DNA of 64,000 nt, taken from Dipteris shenzhenensis. Lineage: Eukaryota. The stretch lies in assembly GCA_047967505.1 (NCBI GenBank), contig CM106538.1, one strand, 5' to 3'. Both the position numbers and the translations under genes were made by a program. The notes beneath the pieces are model-generated. The model worked only from the letters and a program-made list of their open reading frames with translations, did not search any database and was not told the DNA's origin. Shown piece by piece: positions 1 to 12,300 of the stretch; the stretch's first letter is position 1, and every line of letters begins with the position of its first letter.

Positions 1-960
1 CCTGAAGTGAAGCACACATCATCCTTCTAATGATGTGCTATTTCACGTACAACATGCTGGAAGGGTGCAAGAGGAATGAGATTGTCCATAGTGGTCCGGA
101 ACTTGTGGATCTCTTGAAGTTCCTTCATGCCTGATTTTTTGCACCTTTTGATCTTTGGGGGACCTTGCACTAGCCTCTGGACATGGCCCCATGGCTGCTT
201 GTTTGCTTTGAACTTCTTTCGCATCTCCTCCCTTGCAACTGCCTCTCCAGACTCCTCTTCCTATGTCTGGTGGGTCCTTTGAGGTGGCTTGTCATGCCTA
301 GGGGTCTTCTTTGTCCTTGTCTCTTTTCCTTTTCATGAGGCTATGAGAGAGCAAAAGCTAAGGCTCTTGCTCAGCTCATACTAGAGGCTCCTCATATGTG
401 ATAATATCGAGGCACAAAGGGTTGATGGTGCTCTTCCGTGCGGTCTACTTAGTTGGAGGATTAGGGCCAAGGTTCATTATATATGTGAGGCCACCAAATA
501 CTTCCTCTTGTTGTGGCCCCTTTAATCTCTCCATCTCCTCTCTTTGCCTTTCTTGCTACCCTTGTTGATCTAGATGCTCCATGCCAGGACCCCACAAAGG
601 AGGGAGGGGTAGTTGATCATGATTGATTGGACTATTTTGCCCCTCTTGGGAGACCTCTCTACTTCCACGGTTAGTTGTGTGGAAGGACTGAGAGGACCCC
701 TGATTGTGCTTGGATCCTTCATCATGTTGGGATTCCTCATGGTGCTGAGATCCCTGGGATCCCCCATGAGAGTCGGATGGTGGAGACTCATGTTGCTTGG
801 ACTCCTGATGATGAGAACTGCCTTCAGATCCCTATTGATCATTTCCCTCTTGGCCACTGGGGCTTGCAGTGTGTTCAAAGGCCATGGAGTTATGAGGAGG
901 AGAGCGGGTAGCATCTAAACGGCGTCCAATGGGTCTAGCAGTTTGTTTAACTTGTGCCAT
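1..960 (-). pseudogene. Divergent histone H3-like gene with an extended N-terminal tail; decayed and running off the window start
   Basis: The ATG at 960 reads MAQVKQTARP (H3: MARTKQTARK). The same frame gives PTK*TARKST at 456-427. After a frameshift, 224-1 reads KKSGMKELQEIHKFRTTMDNLIPLAPFQHVVREIAHH*KDDVCFTS, colinear with H3 [45 protein letters not shown]. Several premature stops. Confidence 0.85.
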
Positions 961-984
961 AGAAAGAGCATAGAAATGAGGGAT

Positions 985-1055
985 TTTAGGGTTTTGAAGT
1001 GCTTTATATAGTCTTTTTTAAAGCACTTTAGGGTTTTTCTTTTAAATTAGGGTTT
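985..1055 (-). promoter_or_regulatory. Putative promoter of the H3-like gene: TATA box plus three telo-box motifs
   Basis: Minus strand has CTATATAAAG at 1002-1011, about 45 bp upstream of the ATG at 960, and AAACCCTAA at about 986-994, 1028-1036 and 1047-1055. Confidence 0.5.
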
Positions 1056-1269
1056 TTTGAGTGCACCCCCTCCCCCCCAGTCTTTTATCCCAATTCGGTA
1101 ATACTTAATCTTCACCACCCTCCCTCCCAACCCACTCACCCCTCTGCCCTGCCATGTCGCACATGCAATTCTATAATTTCCAAACAAATTTGTGAATTTT
1201 GGAATCTATAATTGACTCAAAATAGTGTTAACCTTATTCATCAAACATTTTACATTTGGGGCTCTCTTA

Positions 1270-2231
1270 GGACCCAACACTTCCCCTGTCTGACTCTATG
1301 TTGCAACCAAAGCACAACCCCTTGGCTCCCTATTGAGGACTTCTAAGTAGCACATCTCCTTGTCTTCTTGACATGTTGAAGCGCTTTTATGAGACCTCTA
1401 CCTTATCGCGATTGAGAATCCTGGCCTCTAGACATCTATAAAACTAGTTGAACATTTTGTGTACTGCATTGCTTTGCACAATACCACCCCTATGCCTTGT
1501 ATTCTTGAAGTATGCTGCCTTTGCTCTGTAGTGTGATTTCTCCATTCCTTGAGTATTCCAAATGGACAGAGGGCCCCATTACTCCACAAACCATGGTGCA
1601 TGTGCGTAAAGAATATGCTGTAAAGAAAAACATTGTATTAGAAACATAAACTGACTCAAGTTTAAAGCACAAAATTTCAATCTAACGAGGATTACCATAT
1701 AATGTGTAATATTTGACTCCCCCCATGCTTCTACCATCAAAGATATGAATTATCCCAACGCTGTCCTGAATCTCTCATAATAAAGCTCATCTATTTGACC
1801 TTGTCTAAGCAACTTTATAAATGCATCAAGCTTTGTCCATAGTTTTGCTCTCAAAGTAGCAATTCATGGATGTGAAGCTTGATTTGTAGTGCACTCACAC
1901 AAATCTTTTCAGTACTCCCAACCTAGGGTGCTTTGAGCTAATGTATGTTTTTCTTTATCAACATGGTGGTTGGACAAGAACCTCCTTGCCTTTCCTCCAC
2001 CCATGGACACTTTAGCAGGAAAATATTGTATCTTTCCTAATTGTTTCTTGTCCTGCCTAAGCTTCACATTGCCTCTATGAAGTCCCATTAGTGAGAGTAG
2101 TTCTTCAGCTTTTGCAATGCATTGTGCAGATACTTGCTATGGCCTCAAATTCCAAACATAAACTAGATGGAGATAGAGTAACTTATCAAGTATATGTAGT
2201 TCAGCATGCAAAGTACACATGTATACCCGCT
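1270..2231 (-). pseudogene. C-terminal half of a RAG1/Transib-like DDE transposase (decayed)
   Basis: Reads ERVYMCTLHAELHILDKLL...VSMGGE/ARRFL...WGESNITHYM, then a GT-AG intron (1695-1618), then HILYAHAPWFVE*WGPLSIWNTQGMEKSH. Compare RAG1 [50 protein letters not shown]. Putative catalytic Glu at 1542-1540. The lower boundary is approximate. Confidence 0.8.
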
Positions 2232-2449
2232 CTCGGGTGGGCTATTCATCATATGTAACCCTATCACGTGAGTTCAACAAAAGGATATTTTTTATTTCTA
2301 AAATTTACAAAAATAAATATACATAAGGGACTATTTAAAATAGTTTTGGAAAAAATTTACAGATTTGTATAGAAAAGGGGTACATTTTATTAATGAAAAA
2401 TTTATAGATAAGGGATTTTAAATATAGGCCTTGAACACACGTGATATAG
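2232..2449. mobile_element. Left part of a ~250 bp MITE (CTCGGG termini, 8-bp TSD), interrupted by Copia-A
   Basis: Begins CTCGGGTGGG...AACCCTATCACGTGAGTTCAA after TACCCGCT (2224-2231). The rest of the right TIR and the second TSD copy are at 20312-20352 on the opposite strand. Confidence 0.8.
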
Positions 2450-2803
2450 TGTTGAGATATCGAGCTCCACTCGTGATATGCCAAGGTGACTGTTGTGCAT
2501 TTATGTCACCGACCTGTTAGAGCTGGAGATGCGGTTGGTACACCGCCCATGAATAATAGCTGGATGACAGCTATCCTTATCTACTCTAGTTTGTGGCTCA
2601 GTTAGTATGCCACCTTAGTTAGTTGAGTTTGGTTTGAGACCCACATATAGGGTTCTTCTATTTCTTTGTACTAGAGTTCTTTTGGCTTTCACAACTAAGA
2701 AGAGGAAAACTGTTTTCAGCCTCCACCTTTGTGTGTATTCCCCCATTGTGATTGTGAGAAAGCCTCAAGTGAGACTCCTTCCCTCTCTCCCACAATCTTC
2801 ACA
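2450..2803 (+). repeat. 5' LTR of Copia-A
   Basis: TGTTGAGA...TTCACA, 354 bp. Preceded by TATAG (2445-2449) and followed by a tRNA-Met PBS TGGTATCAGAGC (2804-2815). Near-identical reverse-complement copy at 20353-20704. Confidence 0.95.
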
Positions 2804-5800
2804 TGGTATCAGAGCCTTGTTCGTGGTAAGGAGCTCAAGAAAGCAAGCCAAGTTCGTGGTGTCCTGGTAAGAGGACCAGTGTTGCTTTCCTATTTCGAGT
2901 TTGGGAGCAAATCTCTGCAGGTAGCACAGCCAGAAGTGCAGGAGTGCACTGTTTCAAATTGAGACGCCCTTCACGGTTTCGGGGCCCGTTTTGAAGGCAG
3001 AAGTTCTTCGCAGGCACTCAGAAAAAGGCCCTGTTTTTGGCTGTGCGACCACTGCGCGGCTAGTTGGTGGAAAGGTGCCGCAGAAATTGCATCGTATGCC
3101 TGTGTGCATAGATATTGGGAGTTACAGATTCATGCCTGTTGCCTGTTGATGCAAAATCGTCACTAGGAAGTGACTGTGTGGTGAAATACCACTTTCGTCA
3201 GTTTTGCAGATCTGCCCGTGTGAGGCAAAAAGCTGTGTTTTTTGCAGTGACAAAATATTTTGCAGTGTTCTGTAATGGCATCTGATTCTCTTTCACAGAT
3301 TGTCACTGAAAAGCTTGACAAGAACAACTTCCAGGCATGGAAGTTTAGAATGACGAATTTCTTGATGGGAAAAGGCTATTGGGAATTCATTACAGGAAAT
3401 GAAGAAGAATCTGTTCTTCCTAATGTTCCTAGTCAACAGGAAATGCAGGCATTCAAAGGATGGCATGAGAGAGCCGGGAAAGTTATGTACTGGCTGTCTA
3501 TCAGTATTTCGGACTCCATGATTGTGCATATTCAGGATGCAAATACGCCAAAGGAGGCATGGGATACTTTGGCAAAAATGTATAGCACAAATACGCAAGC
3601 CAGGAAAATGCAACTCAAACAGGAGTTGCACAATGTGCAGAGAGAAAATTTGAGCATAAATGACTACCACATGAAAGTGAAGAAAATTGCAGATGCACTT
3701 GCTTCCATTGGGTCACCAGTGGATGATGACGATTTGGTTTCTGTGACCTTGAATGGTCTAGGAAAGGATTATGCACACTTCCGGACATCCATTGCCATCC
3801 GTGAAAACTTTCCTAATTTTGAGGAGTTGATTGCTCTTCTAATTTCTAAAGAGCAGAGAAATGGAGGTGCATCTTCTTCAGCAGGAACTTCAAAAGAAAC
3901 TGTCTCTTCTACTCAAATGCTGGCAGAGGTAGAGGCAGAGGTAGAGGAGGCCGATCTGCAGGCCATGGTAGAAATCAGAATATGCAGCAAACGCAAGAAA
4001 ACCAGTCCTATGCAGGAGGACGTGGGAACTCTAGAGGCAGGGGGAGCCAAAGAGGCCGTGGTGGATGGTAGAGAGGCCAAAATGCAAACAGCAATATTGA
4101 ATGCTACTATTGTGGCAAAATGGGTCATATGGCTAAGGACTGCTATAAAAAGCAGAATGACATTATGAATGGAAAATTGCAGTAAGGCAATTATGCATCC
4201 TCTAGTAGACAGTGTGATGACAGAAATGAGCATTTGTTTATGGTGCAGCATATGACAAATTCTGTAACAAGTGCAGAAGAAAGCAATGATGTGTGGTATG
4301 TTGACTCGGGTGCATCAAACCACATGACAGGTCACGCTGAATGGATGCAGGATGCAAGAAAAATGGAAAAACCAGGATTTGTGGAGACTGGTGATGATAG
4401 TGCACATCCTATTGTGCAGATTGGCAAAATTCCTTTGTCTATGTAGGATGGGAAAAAGAAATACTTGTCTGATGTATTTCATGTCCTGAACATCACCAAG
4501 AACCTGGTTTCTGTTGGTCAGATGGTTGAGCAGGGCTTGCAGGTCAGATTTAATCCTCATGGATGCTTTGTTGAGGATATGAAAAATAATGGTCGCTTGA
4601 TAGCAAAAGGAAAGAAGAAGGGCAGGATGTTTACGTTGGATGTAGACATGCCTGAATTGAGTGCAGCAATGTTTGCACATGGGACCGGTGTAGTTGCAGA
4701 TATTGATATCTGGCACAAACGCATTGGTCATGTTAATATACAGCGACTTAAATCAATGCAAGCCCAAAATATTGTTGCAGGATTGCCAAAATTCAAGGTT
4801 GCAGAAATGCACAAGATTTGTGAAGCCTGTCAATTTGGGAAACAAACAAGGAAACCTTTTCCTAGGCATGTTCAAGAGAGTAAAAAACCATTGGAATTAA
4901 TCCACTCTGATGTGTGGACTACAAAAGCTGCATCTATTGGAGGCTGTCACTATTTTGTCACATTTATTGATGACTTCAACAGAAAACTGTGGGTGTATTT
5001 TATGAAAAAGAAAAGTGAAGTGTTTGGGCACTTCAAAGCTTTCAAAGCTATGGTTAAAAAAGAAACAGGCCTGCAAATAAAATGCCTAAGGTCAGATGGA
5101 GGGGGAGAGTACCTCTCAAATGAGTTTGCAAGGTTCTTGCAGGAGCATGGTATAAAGCAGCAATATTCATGCAGTCATACCCCACAGCAAAATGGAATTG
5201 CAAAAAGAAAAAACAGGCATATTGGAGAGGTGTCTCGGGCTATGCTAAATGAAAAAGATCTACCAGATTATTATTGGGCTGAAGCAGTTGCTACGGCAGT
5301 CTATATAATGAACAGGACTCCCACTGCAGCAATACATGGCATGACACCAGAGGAGATGTATACTGGTAGGAAACCAGATATTTCTCATTTGAAGATTTTT
5401 GGTTACATTGCTTATGTCCATGTGCCAGATGAGTTGAGGTCCAAGTTGGATCCAAAAGCTGAGAAGTGCGTCTTTATTGGTTATTCTCTGCAGCAGAAAG
5501 GGTATAGATGCTATAATCCTTCTACACGTAAGTTCACAGTGAGCAGAGATGTTGTTTTTTATGAGATGAGCAGCTGGTATAAACCAGTAAATGTGATGAT
5601 TGATGTAGATGCACAAAATGGTAATGCTGCACAGAATGCACAGCAGCAATCACAAAATATCAGTGGACCTGGAGTGTCCTCTACTAGTGGTTCACATACT
5701 TCACCATGGACAGGCAGATTGAGATCAGGAGAATCCCCTCAAAGCAATGCAGATAGTGGTACGCAGGTATCACAAAAAGGAAAAGAGAAGGTAGATCAGC

Positions 5801-5902
5801 CCATGTTTGATGTGAATGCAGGTCACTCTTATGTGGATGGTGAATCCAGTGGCTCAGAATAGAGCATTGATGATGAGTTGGGTATTCCTTCTGTTGTTAC
5901 AC
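2450..5902 (+). mobile_element. Copia-A 5' half: LTR, PBS, gag, zinc knuckle, protease, integrase; broken at the inversion breakpoint
   Basis: gag from ATG 3275 (EKLDKNNFQAWK), CYYCGKMGHMAKDC knuckle after a frameshift, protease WYVDSGASNHM, WHKRIGH/CEACQFGK, integrase HSDVW...RSDGGGEY...TPQQNG. Internal stops. Ends abruptly at LGIPSVVT. Confidence 0.95.
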
Positions 5903-6306
5903 GCTTTAAAATTTTATCTAATCATTATGCCCCCACGATGCACAATTCAAGGTCAAATCTCATGTCCAATTTGAGCTTGATTGAGGATTTAAAAATTTTG
6001 CTAAATAGCGAAATGTTGCGTTCACAAGGTTTCACCCAGTTGAGGACAGAATCTAGATTGATCGGATGGTGTGAAGCTACTAATGTGACTCTAAACTCTA
6101 GATCATGTAAACTAAGCATGTAATTATGTAAACAGAAACAATCGAGCAAAATATCCAAGTCCCCCCAAAACACCTTCCAAAGGACAGCTTAATTATGTCA
6201 TGTAAGGTATCAAACTAGTGTTCATTACGTGCAGCTGATTTTGCAATAACAGGAAAAGACACGATTAACGCTCGAGCTCAGGGCAGACAGAATGCTTCGT
6301 ACCCTT

Positions 6307-7600
6307 CGCAGTTTTCCCCACGCCAGGCTCCCCTATGAGTACAGGATTGTTCTTTGTTTTCCTTGAAAGGATTTGAATACAACGACGAATTTTGTCATCT
6401 CGACCAATCACAGGATCCAGCTTTCCTTGCCTAGCCATTTCTGTCAAATCTTTCCCATACTTCTCCAGAGCCTCGTACTTTCCTTCGGCATCTGCAAGTT
6501 GCACATTACTAGAAGTGAGCTCCTCTTCACTTCAAAGCTCTGTTTCGTTGTAATAACGCAACCAAAGTTTTTAATTACATGTGAAGGTGGGACATCCACC
6601 CTGATCAGTAACCTTCTGACTTCCACGAATAGCCTTGATTGCCTCTCTCAAAGCTTTTTCCGTAAGATTGACCTCCTTGAATAGCTGTTGGCCGAAGCGC
6701 TTATCCTGCGCCAAGGCGAGCGCTAGATGCTCTAGCGATAGAAACGAACGAATCTCCCATTTCCTTCTTATAAGATTTTGCTCGCTCTATCAATGCCTCC
6801 AAATCCCGGCCAAGCATGGTACCACTTGTTTCACCGTGCACCTACATCACATGGGACTAATGGCCAACTTGTTGCAGACGTCGAATTCAAGCTCACATCA
6901 GAATTGACTAATCTACTTACCTTTGGCTGGCGTTGTATGAACCTCTCTGTTGCTTGCAAAAGAGCTGTATTGTCAAGACCGGCCTTCGCAAAGTTGCGAC
7001 GAGCTAACCCGTTCCGTTGCTCTAGCAATGCCTTCATCAGGTGCTCGGTCTCCACAATCTGGTGCTTGCTCTCTTTTGCGACCTCGGTAGCCTGGAGGAG
7101 TGCTTGCCAAGCCATTTCTGTAAATTGTGACTGCTCTATCTGCAAAGGGTGCAAAGTGCTTTTCTCAGGAAAGCTCAAACCCATCAGAGAAACCTCATTT
7201 CTGATAAAACCCAGAATCTTAGGGCCATAGTCCGCATGTTTGCATGCATTCAATCTAGAGAGGGAAGCCAAATTGACTTAGCCGTGAATATATGAGGATG
7301 AGGACGTTGCAGATGACGAATTAAGCCTGCAACGTTCTCTTTGCAGCATTCGCTAAAGCATTTGAGTATTTACCGTGCCAGCTTCACTTCTAGGTGACGG
7401 TTGATAGCTTCTCGTCTGAATTCTGTTCGGCCTCCAAATCCGTTTTGCCCCTGCTTGTCTAAAACCTGCGAAGTTTTGAAAGGTTCCATTCCCGCAAGCA
7501 ATAAGCGACGCAGAAGCTACAGCTCTGACTCGACAACTTTTGCCAACCGTACTCCCAGTCGTGCCTACTGCAACAGCCGGCCCCTTAGAGGTTTTGGGAG
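6307..7600 (-). pseudogene. CLPB3: Truncated organellar ClpB/Hsp100 chaperone (ClpB3-like), N-terminal exons only
   Basis: Exons read FTEMAWQ...IVETEHLMKALLEQRNGLARR...FIQRQPK, then LEHLALALAQDKRFGQQLF...IRGSQKVTDQ, then [62 protein letters not shown]. Introns are GT-AG. Homology stops right after Walker A, and one exon is frameshifted. Confidence 0.85.
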
Positions 7601-7845
7601 GACAAGCAACACCCACAGTCCAAAATCTCACAAACCTGGGCGTACTGGGAAGTCCAGCAGGACAGAAAGTGAACACTCTTGCATACGTGGAGCCTGACTG
7701 AAAAGCGAAATACGGGCTGAAACGTCAAGAGTAGGTGGTCAAGCAAGCATGAACGTGAATTTCTTGAGCTAAAGATGAATATGAAGGGAAGACATGCCTG
7801 TCGATGTGGCTCTGGCGCTATTCCAGAGCATCGTGGGAAGAAATG

Positions 7846-8260
7846 AGAGACGAACTTTTCGTATTTTCAAACCTTCAACCATCACGTAGGCTAAATTTGT
7901 TACATCAGCCCTTTCTATGATTACCTGCGTACTTTACACAAGGGGTGGTTGGACACGGATGGCGGGTTGATTCATGTGGCACATTTAGATTCGACCAATG
8001 GCACACGAAAGGAAAATTTGTTCCACACCGCCCCTGGCCCAAGCACTCGTCAAGATATCTCTAACCAATGAAATAATTTGGCTATTCCAAAGGATCCTTA
8101 AAACTAATGAGAGAGATGAACTTTCCATGTTTTCAAACCTTCGACCATTATGTTCTATATTTGTTACATCAACCTTCTCTATGATCGTGTGCCTACTTTA
8201 TTACATAATTATGGTAGAAAATGGGTGTTGATTGACATGGCACAAGACTGATTGGACCAA
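7846..8260 (+). repeat. Diverged ~150 bp direct duplication upstream of the ClpB fragment
   Basis: GAGACGAACTTT...TTTCAAACCTTC...TTTGTTACATCA...GTTGATT...TGGCACA...GACCAA occurs at about 7846-7999 and again at about 8111-8260. Confidence 0.7.
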
Positions 8261-8383
8261 CTTCTAACCAATTACAAATTTTGGCAAACTGTAGAAGTCA
8301 AGATTTGAACCTATGTTGTTACTAATGCCCAATAACATTCTCACCCACATTAAAGTTGTGAAAAGTACCTAGCAAATAAGTGG

Positions 8384-8632
8384 CTCGAGGGGTGTACTAC
8401 TAAGAAACCCTAGGTATCACGTGTGCATTCAAGGAGTATTTAAAAAACCCCTCAACTAAATTTTTTCCCCCAATAAAGATACCCCTCTTAACTTATGGAC
8501 TAACAGAATTTGAATTTTACAACCCTTATTGTTCTTGTAAATCGGTTAAATTTTTTCCAAAAGTTCCATTAAAATACCCCTCCTTTTGAATGCACGTGGT
8601 ATACTAAAATTTTGAGAGGTGAATCCCCTAAG
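8384..8632. mobile_element. Intact MITE with 8-bp TSD, related to the MITE at 2232
   Basis: TSD ATAAGTGG at 8376-8383 and 8633-8640. Termini CTCGAGGGG and CCCCTAAG. Inner inverted motifs CACGTGTGCATTCAA and TTGAATGCACGTG. Confidence 0.85.
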
Positions 8633-9399
8633 ATAAGTGGACATATGGGGGGTTAGCAAAGATAAGAAAGTGGAAAAGAAAAGGGGGGAAGGGAGGGTTG
8701 CTTGTAAGAAAAAATTTTCCTAAGAAAATTGTGTGTGTGTGTGTCCTTCCTTTTGTGATGTTACTATGGTTGGTGCCCTTTCGACTAAGATTGTGAAAGA
8801 CAAACATAGTATAGCTGCTTTTACGCATCTTCAAAATGATATGGCTAATAGGATTGATGTCAAGGCACATGAAGCTTGTTGATTTGCCTTTGTTTTTTTC
8901 CCTCACAGAATTTTCTCTCATGTATATACCACTAAAGGGTGTCTCCTTTCTTATGTTTACCAGGTTGACAAAGCACACTCCCAATTGCATACTTGGATCC
9001 ATCAACATGAACATAAGAGACTTCACAAAAAGAAAGTCACCAAGAGCCTAACAAATTGGTTAATGATACTATGCCACCTAGTACCCATAGCACATGTCAT
9101 GCTAGCTCAACACCATCAGAGGCTGATCTTCGAGAAGTGCTGGAGTACTTCAAGAATTACACAAGTGGCAGTGTCCCCATAGCAATGCCAAGACCACTAA
9201 GAGAATCTAAATTTCAAGACAACACTAACATTGGAGAAACTCCAATCAATGAGGGACCGACAAAAACTCACACAATAAACCTCGCCCTTGAAGGGGAAGA
9301 AGAATGGATGAGGAAGAACAGGGGGACATAAATTTGCTGGTGGGGATGTATAGGAAGTGGGAAAAAAATTATCAGATTTTTGGATAAATTTTGATAGAG

Positions 9400-12300
9400 T
9401 TCTGGGGTAATAGCTATGGTGATGACCTCGCAGGGTAGGCTTGCTTTTATAGAAATTTATCCCCCTGACCGGTGGGATACTGGTATGGCGACAGTCGGTG
9501 GTGAACCTCAATGGCGATAGTTGATGTGGAGTATCTTAGGCTGTGGCCAGTGTGGTACTCGAATGGTGATGAGCTGGTGCTATTTTGGATGGCGATGACC
9601 CGATGGGGTAATGTGATCACGAGGGTGAGCGGTTAACATATCGACGATGGTCATTGGCAAACATTTCAGCGACAGACGGTGTTGTACTAGTTTGGCGAGG
9701 GCTAGGGGGTAGTGACTGTGTAAAAATAGGGAAAAGAGAAGGAAGGAGGAGTGGGGTGGGGAAAAATGTGGACTAAGTGGAGTGCACTTTGTGTGGTGCA
9801 ACGTGATGGTGGGGTCAGCATGCAAGAACATGAACACTTGTAAAAATGAAAGAATGGACTCTAATCACCTGGTGCTAATCGTGTGTGCACGTGCGGTGTG
9901 TTCGGCAGGGACTAGTGGATTGTGGGTGCATCGGGTGAGATGCCTACCGTACTGACTCACATAGACGTAGAACAATGATTATGATGAATGCGGTGGAGGA
10001 GAGCGCCATACTACAACATAGCGAGTGAGGAGGAGCCATGTAGAGTATGCGTCCAACTTGTTCCTTACCTTGGATGCTAGGGGCACCTTTGTGTCAAACT
10101 TTGTTGTTGTTGTGGGGTTTGACTTCCTTGGAGAAGCAAGCTTTCGTGAGTCTACCTGTGGGGTTGGCCCTTGCTTGTGTAAGTAGGGCGGCACCATTAC
10201 TTTCGAGTGTCCATCCCGAGGGTGAGGTTCTTGTGTAACTCTTTGTGGGTGGAACTTGGTTCTTGTGGAGTTTCTCGACTAATGGTAGCGATGCTTGTGT
10301 TAAGTCGGACTGCCTGTGGCATGAATGCATATTCGGTATCTTGAGGCTGGCTTGCTGGGTCCGGTTTGTTGGCAGGTTCTTGTGGTGTTGTATCCTAGAA
10401 AGACACAGGTTCTTGTGGTGCTGCCTTTGATGCCATTGAGAGTTGCCCTGTCTTTTTTTGGATCTAGGCGACTTTGTTGCCTTGGCCGCCTGAGTGGGCG
10501 GTATTGCTTGAACTATTGGCGATGTGTGGTGATGGATGAGGCGTGAGCTCACGGTGCAACTTTCTTTGGTTAGTGCATGTGTGTGGGAGAAGCGATCTTG
10601 AGGTGATCGGAGCTACTGTTGCAGCATGACCGTTCTCTGGGTGTCGGTTCTGATCGCGAAGTGATGTTGGGCACAGAGGATAGCATCTTGTACTTGTAGC
10701 TCTCGAATTTCTTGAGCAAAGGATGGTAGCGTTGGTTGAGCGTGCAATGGCATTGGTTTACCACTATGGTAAGCTTTCTTCTCCTTTTGAGCTGGGCCCT
10801 TAAGTGGGGTGCTGGTGGAGGCTGGGGCTTCCAATCGGCCTTGCTGCGTCGCTTCATTGTCGTGAATCGATGAGGTCGGGGTCGAAGAGAGGGGGCTTGG
10901 TCTGCACAGCAGGACTATCATCGTTTGGCCACCATTGGCAAATGAAGTAGTTTAGGCGCGAGTCGATTTGGCAGTTGACGGCGTAGCACCGGGTTCTTCC
11001 TAGAATAATTTGCTCTTTAGTGGCTTTTGTAGGGAGAGCATAAAAGCGTATATCCACAACTTGGTGAACAACCATTAGACTTAGATTTACATAACCCAAG
11101 GTTTGCAAAAGTTGGCTGTTTATAGCTCTTATTGAGGCAATAATGAGGGTTAGGGGTACCTGTAGCTTTTCCCATACCTCTCAGGAGATGAAGTTGTGGC
11201 TCGCTCCTGGGTCCACGAGTGCTTTGATGCACATGTGTGGTACCTATAGCTGAACAAGCAACTTGGCTGGCTCTATTGTTAGCTCATCCATTAGTTGCAT
11301 CTATTCAATCATTGCCTTAAGAAGAGTCATTTGTCTACACTATCCGAATCTTAGCATTACAGATTATGGCTCCTCGATGGCCTGGTGCTTCATCTTGGCC
11401 ACCTCTGCCTCGAGTTGCCATCCCTAAGCCCAACCATCAATGCTAGAAAAGGAGCAAAACCTACCCAAGATTCCCATGTACAACAAGCTAGGCCAGTAGT
11501 TCGAGGGATTGGAGGTAGGAGCAGTCTATTCATCCAATTGGACAGATCATGCCATAGGATGGGATTTCCTCTTAGCAGAGATGTCATCGGAATTTTCACC
11601 TCTGTCGATAGGAAGGTAGCCAGCCCGACACTGTCACAGGGTCCTGGGCAAGCTTCTTCCTCCATGGACATGTCATCAAAGCCATACAAGTCTCCTTCGT
11701 CTTGGAGGTTATGCAGCACTGGGTCTTCTTGGAACATCTTTTGCATCAGATCCGGAGCTTGTGACTGCTCTAAGCTGAGGTGTTCCTCTTCCTCCACTCT
11801 TTCTGGGACCTTGAGTGATTTCACTCCTTAGTGTCCCATCAGGTGGGCTGGATGGATAGTATCTAACACCCTACTGGCCTTTAGTTGATGCTCAAAATTA
11901 TCTTGGCAATCACGCACCAAGTTCTGGGCATCCTTTATGTATTGCTTTTTAAAGATCGGGTTAGGGTAGGTCTCTTTATAGGTGGGCGCAGGTGCCAAGC
12001 CCTGAGCCTACACTGGATTGTTCACTCCTGGAGTCAGGGGCACCTCAAGGTCACCCTAGGTGGAAGACTGTTTAGAAGCAGAGGAGGTGGTAAGGGTAGC
12101 CATCTATTGATTGGACCCGTCCTAGATGAGCACTTGGTCAGAACTGTCACCTACTCGAATGGCCTTCTTGGAATGAGTTAGAGGATGTAGAGGAATCTCG
12201 AGACCGGGCAACAGGGATACTCTTCCTTGTGAGCTTCCTCATGGCCTTGCCTAGTTCCTGGGCTTGCATCCTTTTAATGACTTGTAGTGGCACTACAGCC

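Noticed and set aside
297-323. Third H3-tail-like motif TRTKKTPR in the histone-fold frame
   Set aside because: The frameshift position is unknown and the alternative frame (KRKRDKDKED) is equally plausible, so this may be coincidental.
901-910. AGAGCGGGTA matching the MITE TSD region
   Set aside because: Short chance match with no associated TIR.
570-918. ORF-track ORFs of 114, 101 and 78 aa
   Set aside because: Alternative-frame or antisense shadows of the low-complexity H3-like tail.
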